Part shown: one piece after another, positions 1-13,605 of the stretch
How the letters are laid out: the number at the start of each line of letters is the position of its first letter
How positions within the stretch are numbered: position 1 is the first letter of the stretch
NCBI GenBank assembly: GCA_964016885.1
Contig: OZ024741.1
Location: 100,998,001 to 101,062,000 of the forward strand
Direction of reading: 5' to 3'
Length of the DNA stretch: 64,000 bases
DNA from: Eledone cirrhosa
Taxonomy: Eukaryota
Program-made: the position numbers and the translations under genes
The notes under the pieces: model-generated
Database searches by the model: none
Told to the model about the DNA's origin: nothing
Seen by the model: the letters and a program-made list of their open reading frames with translations, nothing else

Positions 1-56
1 TACAAGACAGACACATACACAGACAACTCACTCACACACACAAATATATATATATG

Positions 57-138
57 TACAGGGTGTCCTAAAAATGTATACACACTTCAACAGCATTCTA
101 ATAAATAAGTGTATACATTTATTGGTGACAGCTTGTAT
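57..138. mobile_element. ~80-bp Tc1/mariner-type palindromic MITE (second copy ~25641-25721)
   Basis: TA-CAGGGTGTCC...GACACCCTG-TA-type termini and internal inverted symmetry; two related copies. Confidence 0.65.
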
Positions 139-361
139 ACATATATAACGAGACAGATAAAATGGATGGCCACATCTGTCCGCCTATCACATGAATGCTG
201 AGAAGGTAATTCATTTTAAAAATGTTATTGATGCTAGAAGTCAGCGTTTTCTGCCAACAGTATTAACTCTGTTTGTCTGTCTGCCTGCCTCTAACTTTGT
301 GTGTGTGTGTGAATATATATATATAAGTATACATTCACGCAGACAGATACATATATCTAGC

Positions 362-570
362 TAGGGCGGGTAAAATTCCCGAGATCCATAGAAGAGTTCT
401 CTCCAGCGGTCTCTGTCCCTCATCATCGTCGCTATGTCCTACGTCTCCCAGAGACCAGTGTCTGCCCTTAGGGCATCAATATATGTCATCCTCGGCCTCC
501 CACAGGACCACTGAGTGCAGTGTCAATTCTTAATGTCGGTGAGCATGTCCAGCTAACCTCAATCTCCTCT
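362..570 (-). mobile_element. RTE LINE 3' end fragment (related copy ~46970-47095)
   Basis: Reverse translation GRPRMTYIDALRADTGL...MMRDRDRWRE, typical of the RTE C-terminus. Confidence 0.65.
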
Positions 571-980
571 GTGTTACATATATATGCGGTAATGTATTGG
601 CATGTGAATAGACTAATTTTCCGTATGTTACACACGTATATGTGCGTGCATTATACATATTGAAGTCGGTGAATTATCAGAATCGTTAAAATGTCGGAAG
701 AAATACTTTGCGGTAGGGTATGTGTTCCTTCCCTCTGCACCCCCAGAGTTCAACTCCCGCTGAGATCAACTTTTCATCTTTTCGAGGTTCATAAAAAAAC
801 AACAACCAATTCACCACTTGGGTCGATTCTTTCTCTGTAGCTCTTTCTAGCTTCCTCTCAGTCACTCTATCTCTTCATTTCTGGAAGAAATTGGCTGTGT
901 TTAGACCCGGAGAGGGATGGGCTCTGTCAGGTTTAAAGTTTCACGACGCCGCCCCTATGACTCTATTAGGAGTTACGAGT

Positions 981-1102
<122 letters not shown>

Positions 1103-1414
1103 AAATGGGGAGAAGAATACTGCAGGTTGCACATGGATATATACTGGGGCCTTGTTTGCCTTAAAAATGCGAGGGGGACAAACCAACATTGGTTGATTCT
1201 TAAAGGAGCATAAATTGCTTATAGTATCTTTCCCGGACCCTATCACATAAGTAAAATTTTACGCTAATTAAATTTCATATATTCAAATGAAGTTCAGATA
1301 TAAAAAAATAAGCTTAAAAAGAATTTATTATATCAAATAAATAAAAAATAAAACATAGACGATTGAAAAAGTGAGAGGGACTTGTTCCCTGGTACCCCCC
1401 TGAAACAAAGCCCT

Positions 1415-1481
<67 letters not shown>

Positions 1482-1673
1482 AAATTCGTTTTCAAATATA
1501 AAAACTAGAAAGGCGTAGGTGAAAAAGTTACATCAGCTCAAAATACGATAATTTATTATAATAAACTGTACACACGTCTACATATAATATTGGTAAAATG
1601 TAAACAAACATCTACGGACTTTTTGTACGTTCGAAAAAATGAACTTGTTGAGGTATTTTTTCATAAAACAATC

Positions 1674-1713
1674 GATTCCGATGAGTCCCACGAGGATGAA
1701 ACAATTGTAAATC
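1674..1713 (+). ncRNA. Type I hammerhead ribozyme motif, core mutated (CCGAUGA)
   Basis: gatt-CCGATGA-GTCC/GGAT-GAAA-CAATT-GTA-aatc. Stem I gatt/aatc, palindromic stem III ACAATTGT, U4>C change. Confidence 0.6.
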
Positions 1714-1769
1714 AAATTATGATGTAAATAAGTGTTTGGTAACATATTTTAATGAATGTATGTATTCTC

Positions 1770-2080
1770 TTATTGGTTTCAGTCATAAGATTACGGCATG
1801 CTTGAGCACCACCTTGATTAAGTCGATCATATTCGTCCCAGTACTTATTTTTTTATCGATCTCTTTTATGTCGATGCGCTAAGTTAAGCACAAATCCAAA
1901 CGTAAAATAAACACGGACACACACATATACAAACGACTGGTTTTTGTAGTGTCCGCCTACAAAAGTTTACTCCAAGACATTGGTCAACCTGAGGCTATAG
2001 TAGAAAACATTGGCCCAAGGTGCTGCGCAGAGGGACGGAACTCAGAACCACGTGGCTGCAAAGCGATATCTTTAACTACA
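1770..2080 (-). mobile_element. tRNA-derived SINE with CORE-like domain (octopus-type)
   Basis: Minus-strand Pol III-like head and a ccttgggccaa CORE-like segment. Confidence 0.5.
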
Positions 2081-3471
2081 CACACACACACACAAATACA
2101 TACATGCATACATACATACATAAACATCGTATTTTTGCAGTTTGGTGAAGAAACCGATTACTTATTTCGTTGGTAAAACAATGGGCTGTAAACCAATGAC
2201 ATATAAATAATTGTTTCTACTTTTGGCATAAGGCCAGCAATTATCTCAGTGCATTACTGGTACTTTATTTTATCGACCCCGTAAGGATGAAAGGCAAAGT
2301 TAACCTCGGCGGGATTTGAACTCATATAATGAAGAGAAATTCTGAAAACTTGAAAAGTTTCTTGATTTTGCTTCAATACATCTTGTTGGGTGTGTAGTGT
2401 GCGCGCGTGTGTGTGTATGCACCTGTGTGTGTGTGTACGTTTTATGAGCACCAGTGGCCAACATGTGCTCCTCGATTTACTATCGTCAACCTTAATTAGG
2501 GAAGGATATTGAAGACATAAACGAGAATGTAAATGTTCCCATTACTTCCACCACTTGGTCTATCCGATCGCAACAGAATGTACAATGTCGAATGTATATG
2601 AAAAGGGATTCACAAAATGAAAAAAAATTTAATTTACACTTTTTCTTTTTTTGTAAATGTAGGGTGCCTTTATAAGTATATGTTACGGGTCCCGCACTAA
2701 CTCAATACGGCACTGTTCAGATATATACGCAAGAAAACAATAATCTGTGTGGATTGGGAGAAACTGTGTAGCATGAACTAACATTGCTTGGGGTATTTAG
2801 TTATGCTAGGGCTGCTTCTAACTTTCATCTTTCCGAGGACGAGAATACAGTACCAGTCAAATATGGTATTATAGATTTCTATTTACTGAAGAGTTGTATA
2901 AATAACACTGCAAATAATTAAAAAAGAGAAATAAAAGGGAAAGGAAAAAAGAAAGGAGGTTGATTTTATCCATTTTACCTACATCCCACCAAAATATGCC
3001 AATATTAGAAATCAATATTTAGGATAGTGAATTTGACTAATATTTTATCAGCTATAGCTTCCAGCCCCACAATCTTCAGGAACCTCAAAATAATTAACAT
3101 GCATACATATTCTGGTGTAATATTTTTTAACAACAGGCCTCCAAGCTTTATATAGCTTGGGGCCTCTCCAATTCTAAATCTGGCACTGTTTTATAGAGCC
3201 TGGCTGAATGTATTACGTTAATTTGTTCTCTATTCCGAGTTCAAATGCTGCCAGGAGTATTTCTTTTTCATGGGGTGATAAAGTACCCAAATTGTTCTAC
3301 GTACAAAGAAATCGATCTTTGATACCTATAATTCATTTTCGAAAAAAAAAAAAAAGGTAAATAAAATAAACACTCTACATTATTCAAAACGGTTAGAATA
3401 AGTCTTGGATTGAAATATATAAAAAGTTGGAAAATATAATGAAAATTGCAATTAAATAAAATCGAACTTAC

Positions 3472-3539
3472 CTGAATGTGGTTTTTGAAACCTTTTGCAT
3501 GGGTCCAACTTTCAATTTATGTGTGGTATGTCCGTGTGT
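3472..3539 (-). other. Candidate small exon of an unidentified leftward gene
   Basis: Minus strand: tacag|...ATGCAAAAGGTTTCAAAAACCACATTCAG|gtaagt. Perfect donor; no homology recognised. Confidence 0.25.
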
Positions 3540-5589
3540 CTGTAGCATATATTGTATATATTGTACAGAAATAAGTGTGAGCTTATTTATATGTGAATGA
3601 ATGGGATGGATGAAGGACTGAAAAAATAATATTAAGCGAATGCTGAAGGTCAGAGACAAGGAGGGGATAAAAAGTGGAATTATGAAAGAACTTGTATCAA
3701 AGGGATAGCAATTGGTATGATTGATTCTGTATGGGTAGATATAAAGATAGATAGATATAAAGATAGATAAATTACCTAATTAAATAGCTATTAAGCATAG
3801 GAAATAGGAATGTCAGCGCATGGTTATCAATAGTAAAAGTGATTAATAGATGTTTTAAAGCTCAGTAGGTGTAAACGTATGTTGTTCGCTGCTCTACGGA
3901 AAGTCAAATGAAAAGTGACAGACGCTGACTATAGAAAGAAACAAGCAGCCACATCAAAGTGGTAGCGAACTGTGGGTGTGTAATGAGACTGAATATACAC
4001 TGACAAATATCCACAACTTTGTCACAGCCAATAAACAAAAACATTAAGAACATTCTAGCCCTGATCTTCCTGACATGACTACTATACTCCTCTCATACCG
4101 ACACCAATTCTAACTCCATCAATTATTGAGATCCCTCTACAACACCAATATGACCTTTCCCAACAACACAAACTCTCACAATAAGAGCAATATGACAGCA
4201 TCCTATATCTCTCCTTCTATTTCTGTCTTCTATTTCTTTCTTTCTCTTTCCTTCCTTCTCCCTCTTTGTCTCTTTATCTCTTGCTCTCACAATGTTTTTG
4301 TTCCTCTGTAAGCCTATTTGCGTCTGTATAGAAAAATAAATTAAGGGTAACAAGTGTGCATGAGAGAGAAGGAGGAATAAAACATAGGATTAAAAAAAAT
4401 AAATAAGAGAAAATCAAAAATCAAAGAAAAAAAAAAAAAAAAAAAAAAATGAAATAGTAATGAATAATTTTCAGGGAGTCTTTCAGTTGTTTTTATTGAA
4501 TTGTTTGTTACTAGCTGGTCAATAGACGACGTCAAAGAGAATTGCCGCCTTTAATGAACGGTCTGCGATCTTTCACCGGACCCCATACCGCCTGTCATTT
4601 TCTTTGCGGCCAAAGATGTCTTTGATGTATTGTTAACATTTTGGCTGGGGACCGCTGCTGAGTAGTTCGTCGGCTGCTGATAGCGGCACATCAAACGTTG
4701 ATTATACAGTTGTTTGTAATATTGTGTATGGATCCCGTGAGGGGTGGAAAACTACGCAGAACAGGTGCTTGGTCAGAGATTTGTTTTTAATTTGGTGGTT
4801 GACGGTGACAAGCTAGCAATCAAATTAGTTCCACATAAACACACATGCACATACGCGCGCGCACACACGCTCACACACACACACATGCATACACACACAC
4901 ACACAACCAAGAGGCTAAAGTAGCAGACTATTTTCTCAGATGTACTGAGTTCGCACCCAGCAGAGCAAAGTATTTTACACAGTCTCCTTAGAGCTAAATT
5001 AGTGTCAAACACATTACTGTAATTTTCTCTGAATTACACGTCTTCATTTGAATACACTCACATACACATATACACTCACACAAATCTACATACCCTCGCA
5101 TAAACTTATATATACACTCACACACACACGTTCTCCCTGTCTCTTGCTCTTCTTCTCCCTCACTCTCACACTCACATTAATAACAATAACGATTTTTTTT
5201 TACATTGACACAATTCTAGAAATCTTAGACGATTAAATTCACCCTAGTATATAACTGGTATTTATTTTATTGATGTTAGAAAGAAGATAGGCAAAGTCGA
5301 CATTGGCAGTAACTTACAAGACCACAGCTAATTACCGCAAGGATTTTCAAGCCATCGAAGAAGCATCTACATGTTCACTCGATCTATTAGAAATAGCAGC
5401 TACATTTCCTTCAAATGCTTAAATATTTTAGACATTAGAGCAGTAAAAAAAAAAGTACAAGTTAAATGCTGCAGCTTCCCATTAATTGCACGCACACACT
5501 TCTTTAACCTGGCAGTAACAGTGTTTGTTACCATGCCCTTCAACAACAACAGCGACGACGACAACTACAACAACAACAATCGAGTGTAA

Positions 5590-6110
5590 ACACCTACTCA
5601 TTATAAAGGATGAAGGCATGATATAGGAAAAGTGATCCACTGGCATTTATGCAAACTGAATAATTTACCCCATTCTGAGAAGTGGTATGAGCATAAGCCA
5701 GAGTCGGTGATAGAAAACGATCAAGTGAAGGTGTTGTGGGATTTCAGGATACAAACAGATAAAGAATTAGAACACAATAGGCCTGACCTGGTGGTTTTTG
5801 AAAAGGAAAAAAAGATCTTGCTTGATTATAGATGTAGCTTGCCCTTTTGACACGAGAGTGCAAGAAAAGGAGGAGAAAATTAATCGGTACCAGGATCTAA
5901 AGTGTGAACTGAAAAGGATTTGGAACTGTCATGAGATCAAGGTCGTCTCCTTCGTCTCAGGAGCTCTAGGTTTTATCTAGAAGAGTTCCCAAGGCTGGCT
6001 AAAGAACTGCTATTTTTGAACACCTCAAAAGGCATGCCTACTGGGAACAGCAAGGACCCTCCGATACGTCCTGAATCTGAGGCTGCAGGTAGCGACTTGA
6101 TGTTCATTTG
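5590..6110 (+). mobile_element. R4/Dong-clade non-LTR retrotransposon 3' fragment (restriction-like endonuclease)
   Basis: RHD...KWYEHKPESVIEN...LWDFRIQTD...NRPDLVV...IIDVACPFD...GALG, with one frameshift. Confidence 0.85.
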
Positions 6111-6559
6111 GGTAAATTTTCCGGTTAAATAACATCAATGACTGAGAATGTTCACAGGCGCCTTAATCGTTCATTTGTATATACATGTAATCTTAAGATT
6201 GTGAAGGCAATTCCAGGGTTGTCAACTAATATGAATGAAAACACTGGAAAATATTTGAAGAAATGCTGGAAATGTGTAATAAACTGGAAAAACATTGCAG
6301 AAAGAATGGATAATGCTTGAAAAACTTAACATCAATAAGAATAAGTCTTTTATAGTTTTTAGCTACTTACCGTATTTATTCGTGTATAATACAGTTACAG
6401 ATTTTTAAAACTTAAAATCATGGCTGTACTTTACACGTTAGAACCGGGTTGATGCACAAACCATTGCGATGTATAAAACATGCAATTACTTCAGTATCAA
6501 CCTTCATATACGAGATTTTTTCATAGATTTCTTCTGTAGTATTAGTGTGGGATTCTTCT

Positions 6560-6896
6560 TCTATTCCTGTAACTCCCGAGGGAGTCGTAGGGCGCCTTAT
6601 AGACATAGTGCATTTCTAGGACATATTTTAAACCTGGCAGAGTCGATCTTCTCCCCAGGCCTGAATACAGCAGATTTCTTCCAAAGAAGGATAGAGAGTG
6701 AGAGAATGGAAGTGAGAAAGAGATATAGAGGAAGAATCGACTCCAATACTTGACTGGTACTTTTTTTTATCGACCTACAATGGATGAAAGGCAAAGTTAA
6801 CCTCGGCGGGATTTGAACTCAGGGAGCACAGAGTCGAAACGAATACCGCAAAGCATTTTATCTACGTTCTAACGATTCAGCCAATTCGCCGCCTTA
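6560..6896 (-). mobile_element. Abundant tRNA-derived SINE, long-tailed subfamily (also 664-981 +, 44465-44785 -)
   Basis: Shared head with B box GAGTTCAAATCC and the ctttgcctttcatcc...gtcgataaaa domain (Deu/Nin-like), plus a pyrimidine-rich spacer and tail ...gccctacgactccctcgggagttacagg. Confidence 0.75.
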
Positions 6897-7268
6897 GGGT
6901 GGAATTACGAACAAATAAAACCTCCACAACTCTAGATAGATTCTTTAATCTTTTCCTGTCATCATTCAGTGACAGAGATTGTAAATAATTCCATAAAATA
7001 TCAATACAGTATTTGATAATCTAGATATTCAAATTCATCGTGATGTTTTTCAACTCCGCTTGCTGAAGTAAAAAAGTAAAACAAGTAAAAAGTAAAAAAA
7101 GTAAAACAAGTAAAACAAGTAAAAAGTAAAAAATGTGAAACAAGTAAAACAAATTACTTAAATATCATCGAAAGGAAAAAGAAAAGAAAAACAAAACAAA
7201 GAAACTCGAGGAAATTGACCTTTCACTCTTTCTGAAACAATAATAAAGGATGCATTCGTTAGAAACTG

Positions 7269-7378
7269 GCTCTTGGATAGTGTTTTAACACTTTTGGTAT
7301 GGTACTCGCTCTTGGATAGTGTTTTAACACTTTTGGTATGGTACTCGCTCTTGGATAGTGTTTTAACACTTTTGGTAT
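7269..7378. repeat. Tandem repeat, ~3 x 39 bp
   Basis: Unit gctcttggatagtgttttaacacttttggtatggtactc. Confidence 0.9.
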
Positions 7379-7784
7379 CAATAGCCTGAAACTGTCCATT
7401 GTTCTATGATACAAAACTATCTGTCATTAAGTGCTTTTTATATTTCTAAAAGTCTTCCTTCATAATAAGACCCTTTATTAAGTTATGTTCGAAACATTAG
7501 ATTAATAATGAGAAAGATAATTATATAAATAAATACCTTCAAATTTTTTCAAATTTTTTCAAATTTTTTCAAATTTTTTCAAATTATTTGAAAATCATAG
7601 GCAGTATTTTTTTTTATTAGAAACATATTAATGATATGGACTTTATTACACTATTTATCTAAAGTATATAAATAGCTTTGAAAAACTTAATCTGTTTTAA
7701 TTCCACTGAAGACATATATATATATAAATATTTTTTCCAATTCCATCCCGTCCGTCCTCTCAATCTATCTTATTTCTCATTCTT

Positions 7785-7820
7785 TCTTCTGATGAAGGAC
7801 TAGCGTCCGAAACGTTAAGA
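7785..7820 (+). ncRNA. Minimal type I hammerhead ribozyme motif (Penelope-type)
   Basis: tctt-CTGATGA-a-GGAC tagc GTCC-GAAA-C-GTT-aaga. Stem I tctt/aaga, stem III is the palindrome ACGT. Confidence 0.7.
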
Positions 7821-7925
7821 CCCTCTTCCTGCTATATCAAGCGTTAACCTAATATATCCCTTCCATATACTGTACCGATTCTGTTGTTATTTCTGTTTAC
7901 CTTTTACATATATATATATCTGGGC

Positions 7926-7977
7926 ATTCCTGATGATTTCTAAAGAATAGAATGAAACAGTTCTAGTCCTGTAGAAT
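7926..7977 (+). ncRNA. Type I hammerhead ribozyme motif
   Basis: attc-CTGATGA-tTTCTA aagaa TAGAAt-GAA-ACAG ttctagtc CTGT-A-gaat. GUA cleavage triplet at 7971-7973. Confidence 0.75.
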
Positions 7978-7978
7978 C

Positions 7979-8107
<129 letters not shown>

Positions 8108-8139
8108 TGCATTTGTAATCAGATTACAGCTGCTGCACT

Positions 8140-8910
8140 GAAATTCAAAGGGTTCTTTTCATTTGCTAAAAAACTGTCTCCACTGTTGGCTCTCTGGCTG
8201 ATGAAAATAATACCCTCCATGATGATGCTAAAACTATGACTGAGATACTACAAACACAATACTGCTCTGTTTCCAGCAATCCCGATATGGTTGATCTGGA
8301 CAGTAGCTGTGATGTAAACACCCAACACAATAACTGACATAATGTTTAGTACCACTGATATATTAGAAGCAGTAAACGAAATCAAACGAAATCAGCTGTA
8401 AGTCCCGATAGCTACCCTGCTAGTGTTCTGAAGAATTGCGACATCAACTTGCAACCCCTCTTGCTGACTCACTGGACGCAGGCTATATCCCTGAACATTT
8501 CTTGTTCCAGTCTGTCGCCACAGTTTTCAAAAAGGGGAACAAGTCCCTTGTTATGAATTACCGTCCAATCTCAATCACCTCTCATATCATCAAAGTATTT
8601 GAGAGGATGGCGAGATCACGAATAACTCATTTCCATGAAAGGAACAATCAGCTGAACTCCAATCAGCATGGGTTCCGTGATGGCAGGGTCTGCCTGGCGC
8701 AGCTTCTGCATTTCTTTGATCCTGAAAGCTTTGGGAGATGGCTCCAACACAGATGTTATTTACCTTGATTTCAGCAAGGCTTTTGACAGGGTTGATCATT
8801 GGAGTCTGTGGAAAGCTACTGCAGTGGATAAAAATGTTTCCTGACCAACAGATCCCAACATGTTGTGGTCGAAGAAATATGATCAAGCTCAGCCAAAGCC
8901 AGTAGTGGAG
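8140..8910 (+). mobile_element. CR1/L2-like LINE reverse-transcriptase fragment, degenerate
   Basis: FKKGNKSLVMNYRPISITS...QHGFRDGR...DVIYLDFSKAFDRVDH across frameshifts. Confidence 0.8.
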
Positions 8911-8999
8911 TCAAACAATCTCGTCATTACATGATAACTTCAATAAAAGCCCGCATCACTAAGTCTTTAGAATATAAATTCAAAATAGGGGGCGCACAG

Positions 9000-11003
9000 G
9001 ACAAAGACAATGGATAAAACAGCGGGATTTTGAGGCATAATATTGAGCTTTCTAACAAAGATAATTCATCAATATTTAAACATGGTACACGCGTACAGAA
9101 TGTATAGGAGAATGAACCAAGGCTCTAAGTATACTACCTATATAATAATATACAAGCAAAATATTTCACAATTATTGTTGAACATCTGATTGGCCCCACA
9201 AAGAACAACTATCATCACGTATATGAAAAAGTAAGATATCAGTTTTTGTTATTATTGAAGAACGTCTTATTGCATTTCATGCAATTTTCAGAACGACGGA
9301 TGAAGATATTAAAGAAAAACTCATGTCTCAATCTAAACTTAGAAAATTCTGGGGATCAAGCGCATGACAATGGTTCAAATATGGTTAGAAACTACTGTGG
9401 TGCGAAGGTTATCTTGAAAGCGTAGGATGGAAACTGCATTTTCTTCAGCTGTGAAAATCCTACTCAGAATTTCATTGGTTCGGATTCTGTTGAAGCTTGC
9501 GAAGAAGCTATAACATTTTTTTGAACAATACAGCCTATAGATGTCTAGTATCTTCCCTTCAAGTCTCAATAGGAGAGAAATACTGAAAGAACAACAGCCT
9601 AAAAATGTTCAGTGAGGATTAACGGTGTAAGACCAATTGCATGACACTTGGGTAGTGTGAGAAACGTAGTGAAGTTATTAAGTTAACAGCAGAGTGTAAG
9701 TTTGATCTTTGGGGTTTCCCCCAAAAAATACTGAATTTGTACTGATATGTAGTGATTAGAGAGTTAAACCTACGATCATAATGTCGTGGATTCAATTCCT
9801 GGGCCGGGTTGCACGTTGTGTTCTTGAGCAAAACACCTCATTTCACGTTGTTCCAGTACACTCAGTTGAAAATGAGTACCGGCAGCTGCTGGCAGTTAAC
9901 TTAACGATGGACTAGCGTCCAGTCCAAGAGGTACTCTCAGTCACTTAACACGAATGAAAACGGGCTAAGTACGGGCCTGATGAGCCTTCGTGCTTGAGAC
10001 GGACTTTAACTTTTAATTTTTTAATGTCAGCTGTTTTGATTAAGGTTCTCACACAGATCCACAAGTTCAACTTGATAATAAAATCTCTTGGTACCACAAT
10101 CAATGTAGTCAAGGACAATATTGATCAACTATAGGCATACACACTGAAGCTCAGAGACAAACATGTTTCAATTAAAATTGCTATTTGCAGAGGGTACCCA
10201 ACTCGAAAGGATGCCAAAAAATGACTTCGGGGTGAATGTGTTCTTCAACATAATTGGCTTTTTTATAAATGGTCTTTCACGTCGATTTTCTGGCACAATT
10301 AGATGAGAACAAGTTGTATCATCAGTTTCAGCTATGATACTCAAGTCATAATTTCAAATGACATTCAGAGAGACGTTCTTCTTAAAATAATTTTGTATGT
10401 GAGTTTTATACTCGAATCTGTGTTGCCAAAGAAAAGTTAAGATAAAATATTAAAATTGAGATTGGGTAATATTTTCTCAAATGTTCTCATTGCGTTACAC
10501 ATTTTTCTACCATTGCCAACAACTGTGGCATCTAATGAGTGAGGCTTTAGTGTCTTGCCCGTGATCTACATTTGTGCAAGAACGTTTGAACGGATTTGTA
10601 TTTGTTGACATCAACGGTAACAAAGAAACATTGCTAGATTCTTTTGACGTAATTGATGAATTTGTTCACAGAAAAGCTTTCATTTCTGAATGCAAAAATG
10701 GGATAACCAGTTCTGAACTGAGGCTCTGAATACAGACAAAAAGTATTTAATGCTTCTTATTTCTCTACCGTTATCTATTGTATTGTGTAATTTTGAAAAA
10801 AAATTCTTGCGGATACCTTTTGTTATAAATCGTTCTAGTTTTTTTTTAAATTCTGTTCTGTTACCTGTATATACATCATGTATACTCCATGTGCTTGCAT
10901 AAGCCATAGATATTTAGTTAGCACTGATCGCTAAAATTGAGCAGTTTGAGTGGGAACCTTTGTTTCACATTTAGCCAGGGCCTATTAGCTATGTTCGGGC
11001 ATC

Positions 11004-11005
<2 letters not shown>
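9000..11005 (+). mobile_element. Degenerate hAT transposase remnant interrupted by a SINE (9745-10010)
   Basis: QAHDNGSNM (~9355-9385), hAT dimerization-like FSNVLIALHIFLPLPTTVASNE*GFSVL (~10475-10557) and DVIDEFVHRKA. Boundaries approximate. Confidence 0.6.
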
Positions 11006-11069
<64 letters not shown>

Positions 11070-11995
11070 GTATGTATGTATGTATGTAAAAAGTAGATAT
11101 ACATTAGCGTATCAGAATATACTATTTATCTCTTTTTTTTTTCTTCTATGAAACTGTTAACAACATAACAAAAGCAGAAGAGTAGTAACTAAAACATAAA
11201 AGTAAGGTAAACAACATTGGTAATCGAGCCAACAACACTAACAACTTTTACAACAACAACAACAACAACATCAATATGGACATCAAAAGCAACAAGAGAA
11301 AGAATGACAACAGACAATAAAAAATATATATAAGATGAAAAGGGCTTTTTTTTCTTTCAGTGAAGGTCAAGAGGGAGAGCGGAGGTTAGATGTGTGAATG
11401 GATTTAAAAGACTGGCTGGAAATCAAAGGAAAAAATAACACTTGATGCTGAAGAATCCTTTTTTTTTCCACCGAGAAGAGAAAACAAATTGCTTCCGGTT
11501 GTGGTTTATATTTTTGGCCACGTGGTAACATAGAGTTCCGTGTCAAAGGTCAGACTGCAAAGTTTAGAAAAAGAACAAAACAACAAACACAAAAACAAAG
11601 CATGCAATAAAACATGTTTGCAAAAAAACAAAACAAAAACAAACACACATACACAAACATAATGAAATGTAAGTCATCTTTATAGTCTACTATTCACGGG
11701 TCTCGAATAATCTCCCCCCCCCCCCCCCCCCCCCATGCTTATTAATTTTTCAGATTTTTTTCCATTCCTCCGCTCTTATTCCACACCACCATCGCTTATT
11801 AAATTTTGCTAATTTATCTCCCGGCGAAATTTTATTTTAAATAATAGCATTCCTGTGATAATTAATTTTCTTTAAACATGAAAAAACATTATATACGACA
11901 AAAAAACAACAACAAAAAAACACTGCAAGAAATCCCACACGTTAAAAAATAAATAGAATGGGTTGTGGTCTCAATATGAAAACTAACTGACTAAC

Positions 11996-12690
11996 TCTTC
12001 TTCTTCTTCTTCTTCTTCTTCTTCTTCTTCTTCTTCTTCTTCTTCTCGTCGTGGGGGAACAGTCTTCAAACGCTCCTTCCAGCGGGTCCTTCCAACTGAT
12101 CCGGCTGGATTCCCAAGCGAGATCAGCCAAGCATGGATCTTATCCAATCATCTTGCTCAGGGTCTACCTCTGGGTTTCTTGCCAGTTGGTTTTGCCCATA
12201 AAATCTGTCCAGCGATTCTTTCCCAAGACATTCTAACCCCATGCTCGTAGCATAGGAGCTGAGATCTCTCAATTTGGAGAAGACGCACTCTATCGAGTAA
12301 CGTTATTCCAAAGACCCCTTGGTTGAACCCCATTTCGGCCGCTTGTATTAACGATCATATTCTTTCGGTCATTACCTAAGATTTATGACCATAGGTAAAG
12401 GTTGGCACGAAACTGAATTGAAGATAGCGAGTTTGGCTTTCACACCTACCTCCTGTCTGATTACCGAATGCTAAGCTGGTGCATTACTTCACCAGCTCCT
12501 ACAATTCTTACACTTAATCCAGCCCCTTGCCTTCCATCACTCGTGAACACGGCCCCGAGAAAATTGAACTTCTCCACCTGCTTCAGTGGAACTCCACTCA
12601 CATGTAAAGTGCACCTTAAGAGGACGAATGTCTCAGTTTTCGCAGCACTGATTTTCATTCCAGCCATGCCGCTCTCGGCACCTACCAAGT
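11996..12690 (-). mobile_element. RTE LINE 3' fragment with (GAA)n tail, nested in a probable MITE (11688-12816)
   Basis: GMKISAAKTE...LKQVEKFNFLGAVFTSDGRQ. Flanks gggtctcgaataat-C-run and C-run-attatttgggatcc resemble inverted termini. Confidence 0.7.
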
Positions 12691-13605
12691 GCAAGTCGGA
12701 GATTACTTTCTGCCGAAAGTGAGACTAATTCTAGTTTCTAAAAAATCAAGAGAGACAACCTAAAAAATTACCCCTTGCTTATACCCCCCCCCCCCCATTA
12801 TTTGGGATCCTAGAGCAGAACTTGAATGAGCCAATGGATTGATTGCTTAGTCTGCTAGGAATAACAGCCAAATCATAAGGATTACATTACTTTTTGAGAC
12901 ACAGCGATACAAACTTTTTCTTCTTAATTTGGGATAGTTGATAATTTCAATTTTCAATTTTTCATGTTAAGAATCCCTTTGAAAATTATTAAATTATCAA
13001 AAAAGTAAATTAGAAGTAACCTGCAGGTTATCCTATATATATATATATATATATATATATAGGATAAGTTGATTTTTATTTTTTATTTGGGAGAATGGAG
13101 CGCATATTGTAGAGTTAGTCTAGGGTACTAAATACCCAGAATACTCTGGCTACAATGCTTTTCGTGGGTCTGGTATAGTTGATCAAAGCTGACCCGAGGT
13201 TAAATAACAATGATACTCTGCTGTTACTTTATTGATATGTTGTTCTCATGTTGGCCATAACGTTAAAAAAAAAAATACTTGCCGTATTTAGTTTCGACTC
13301 TTTCCATTCTGAGTTCAAATTACGCCGAGATCAACTTTGCCTTTCAACCTTCTGCGGTCGATAAAAGAAAGTATCCGTCAGTATATTCCTATAAAGTAAC
13401 CTGGATGTACGAGATAGGTAGAATTATTATAGTATAATAATTGTTTCTACTTTTGGCACAAGGCCAGTAATTGCCCCAGTGTTTTATTTTATCGACCCCG
13501 TAAGGATGAAAGGCAAAGTTAACCTCGGCGGGATTTGAATTCAGAACGTAAAGGGACACAACTCTACCGATACTGCCAATCCTCCACCCTAATTATTATA
13601 GTATA

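Noticed and set aside
11340-11675. Promoter/first exon (CTTCCGG, CACGTG, AAAGGTCA, ATGAAAT|gtaagt)
   Set aside because: Short motifs only; cannot be tied to a transcript from sequence alone.
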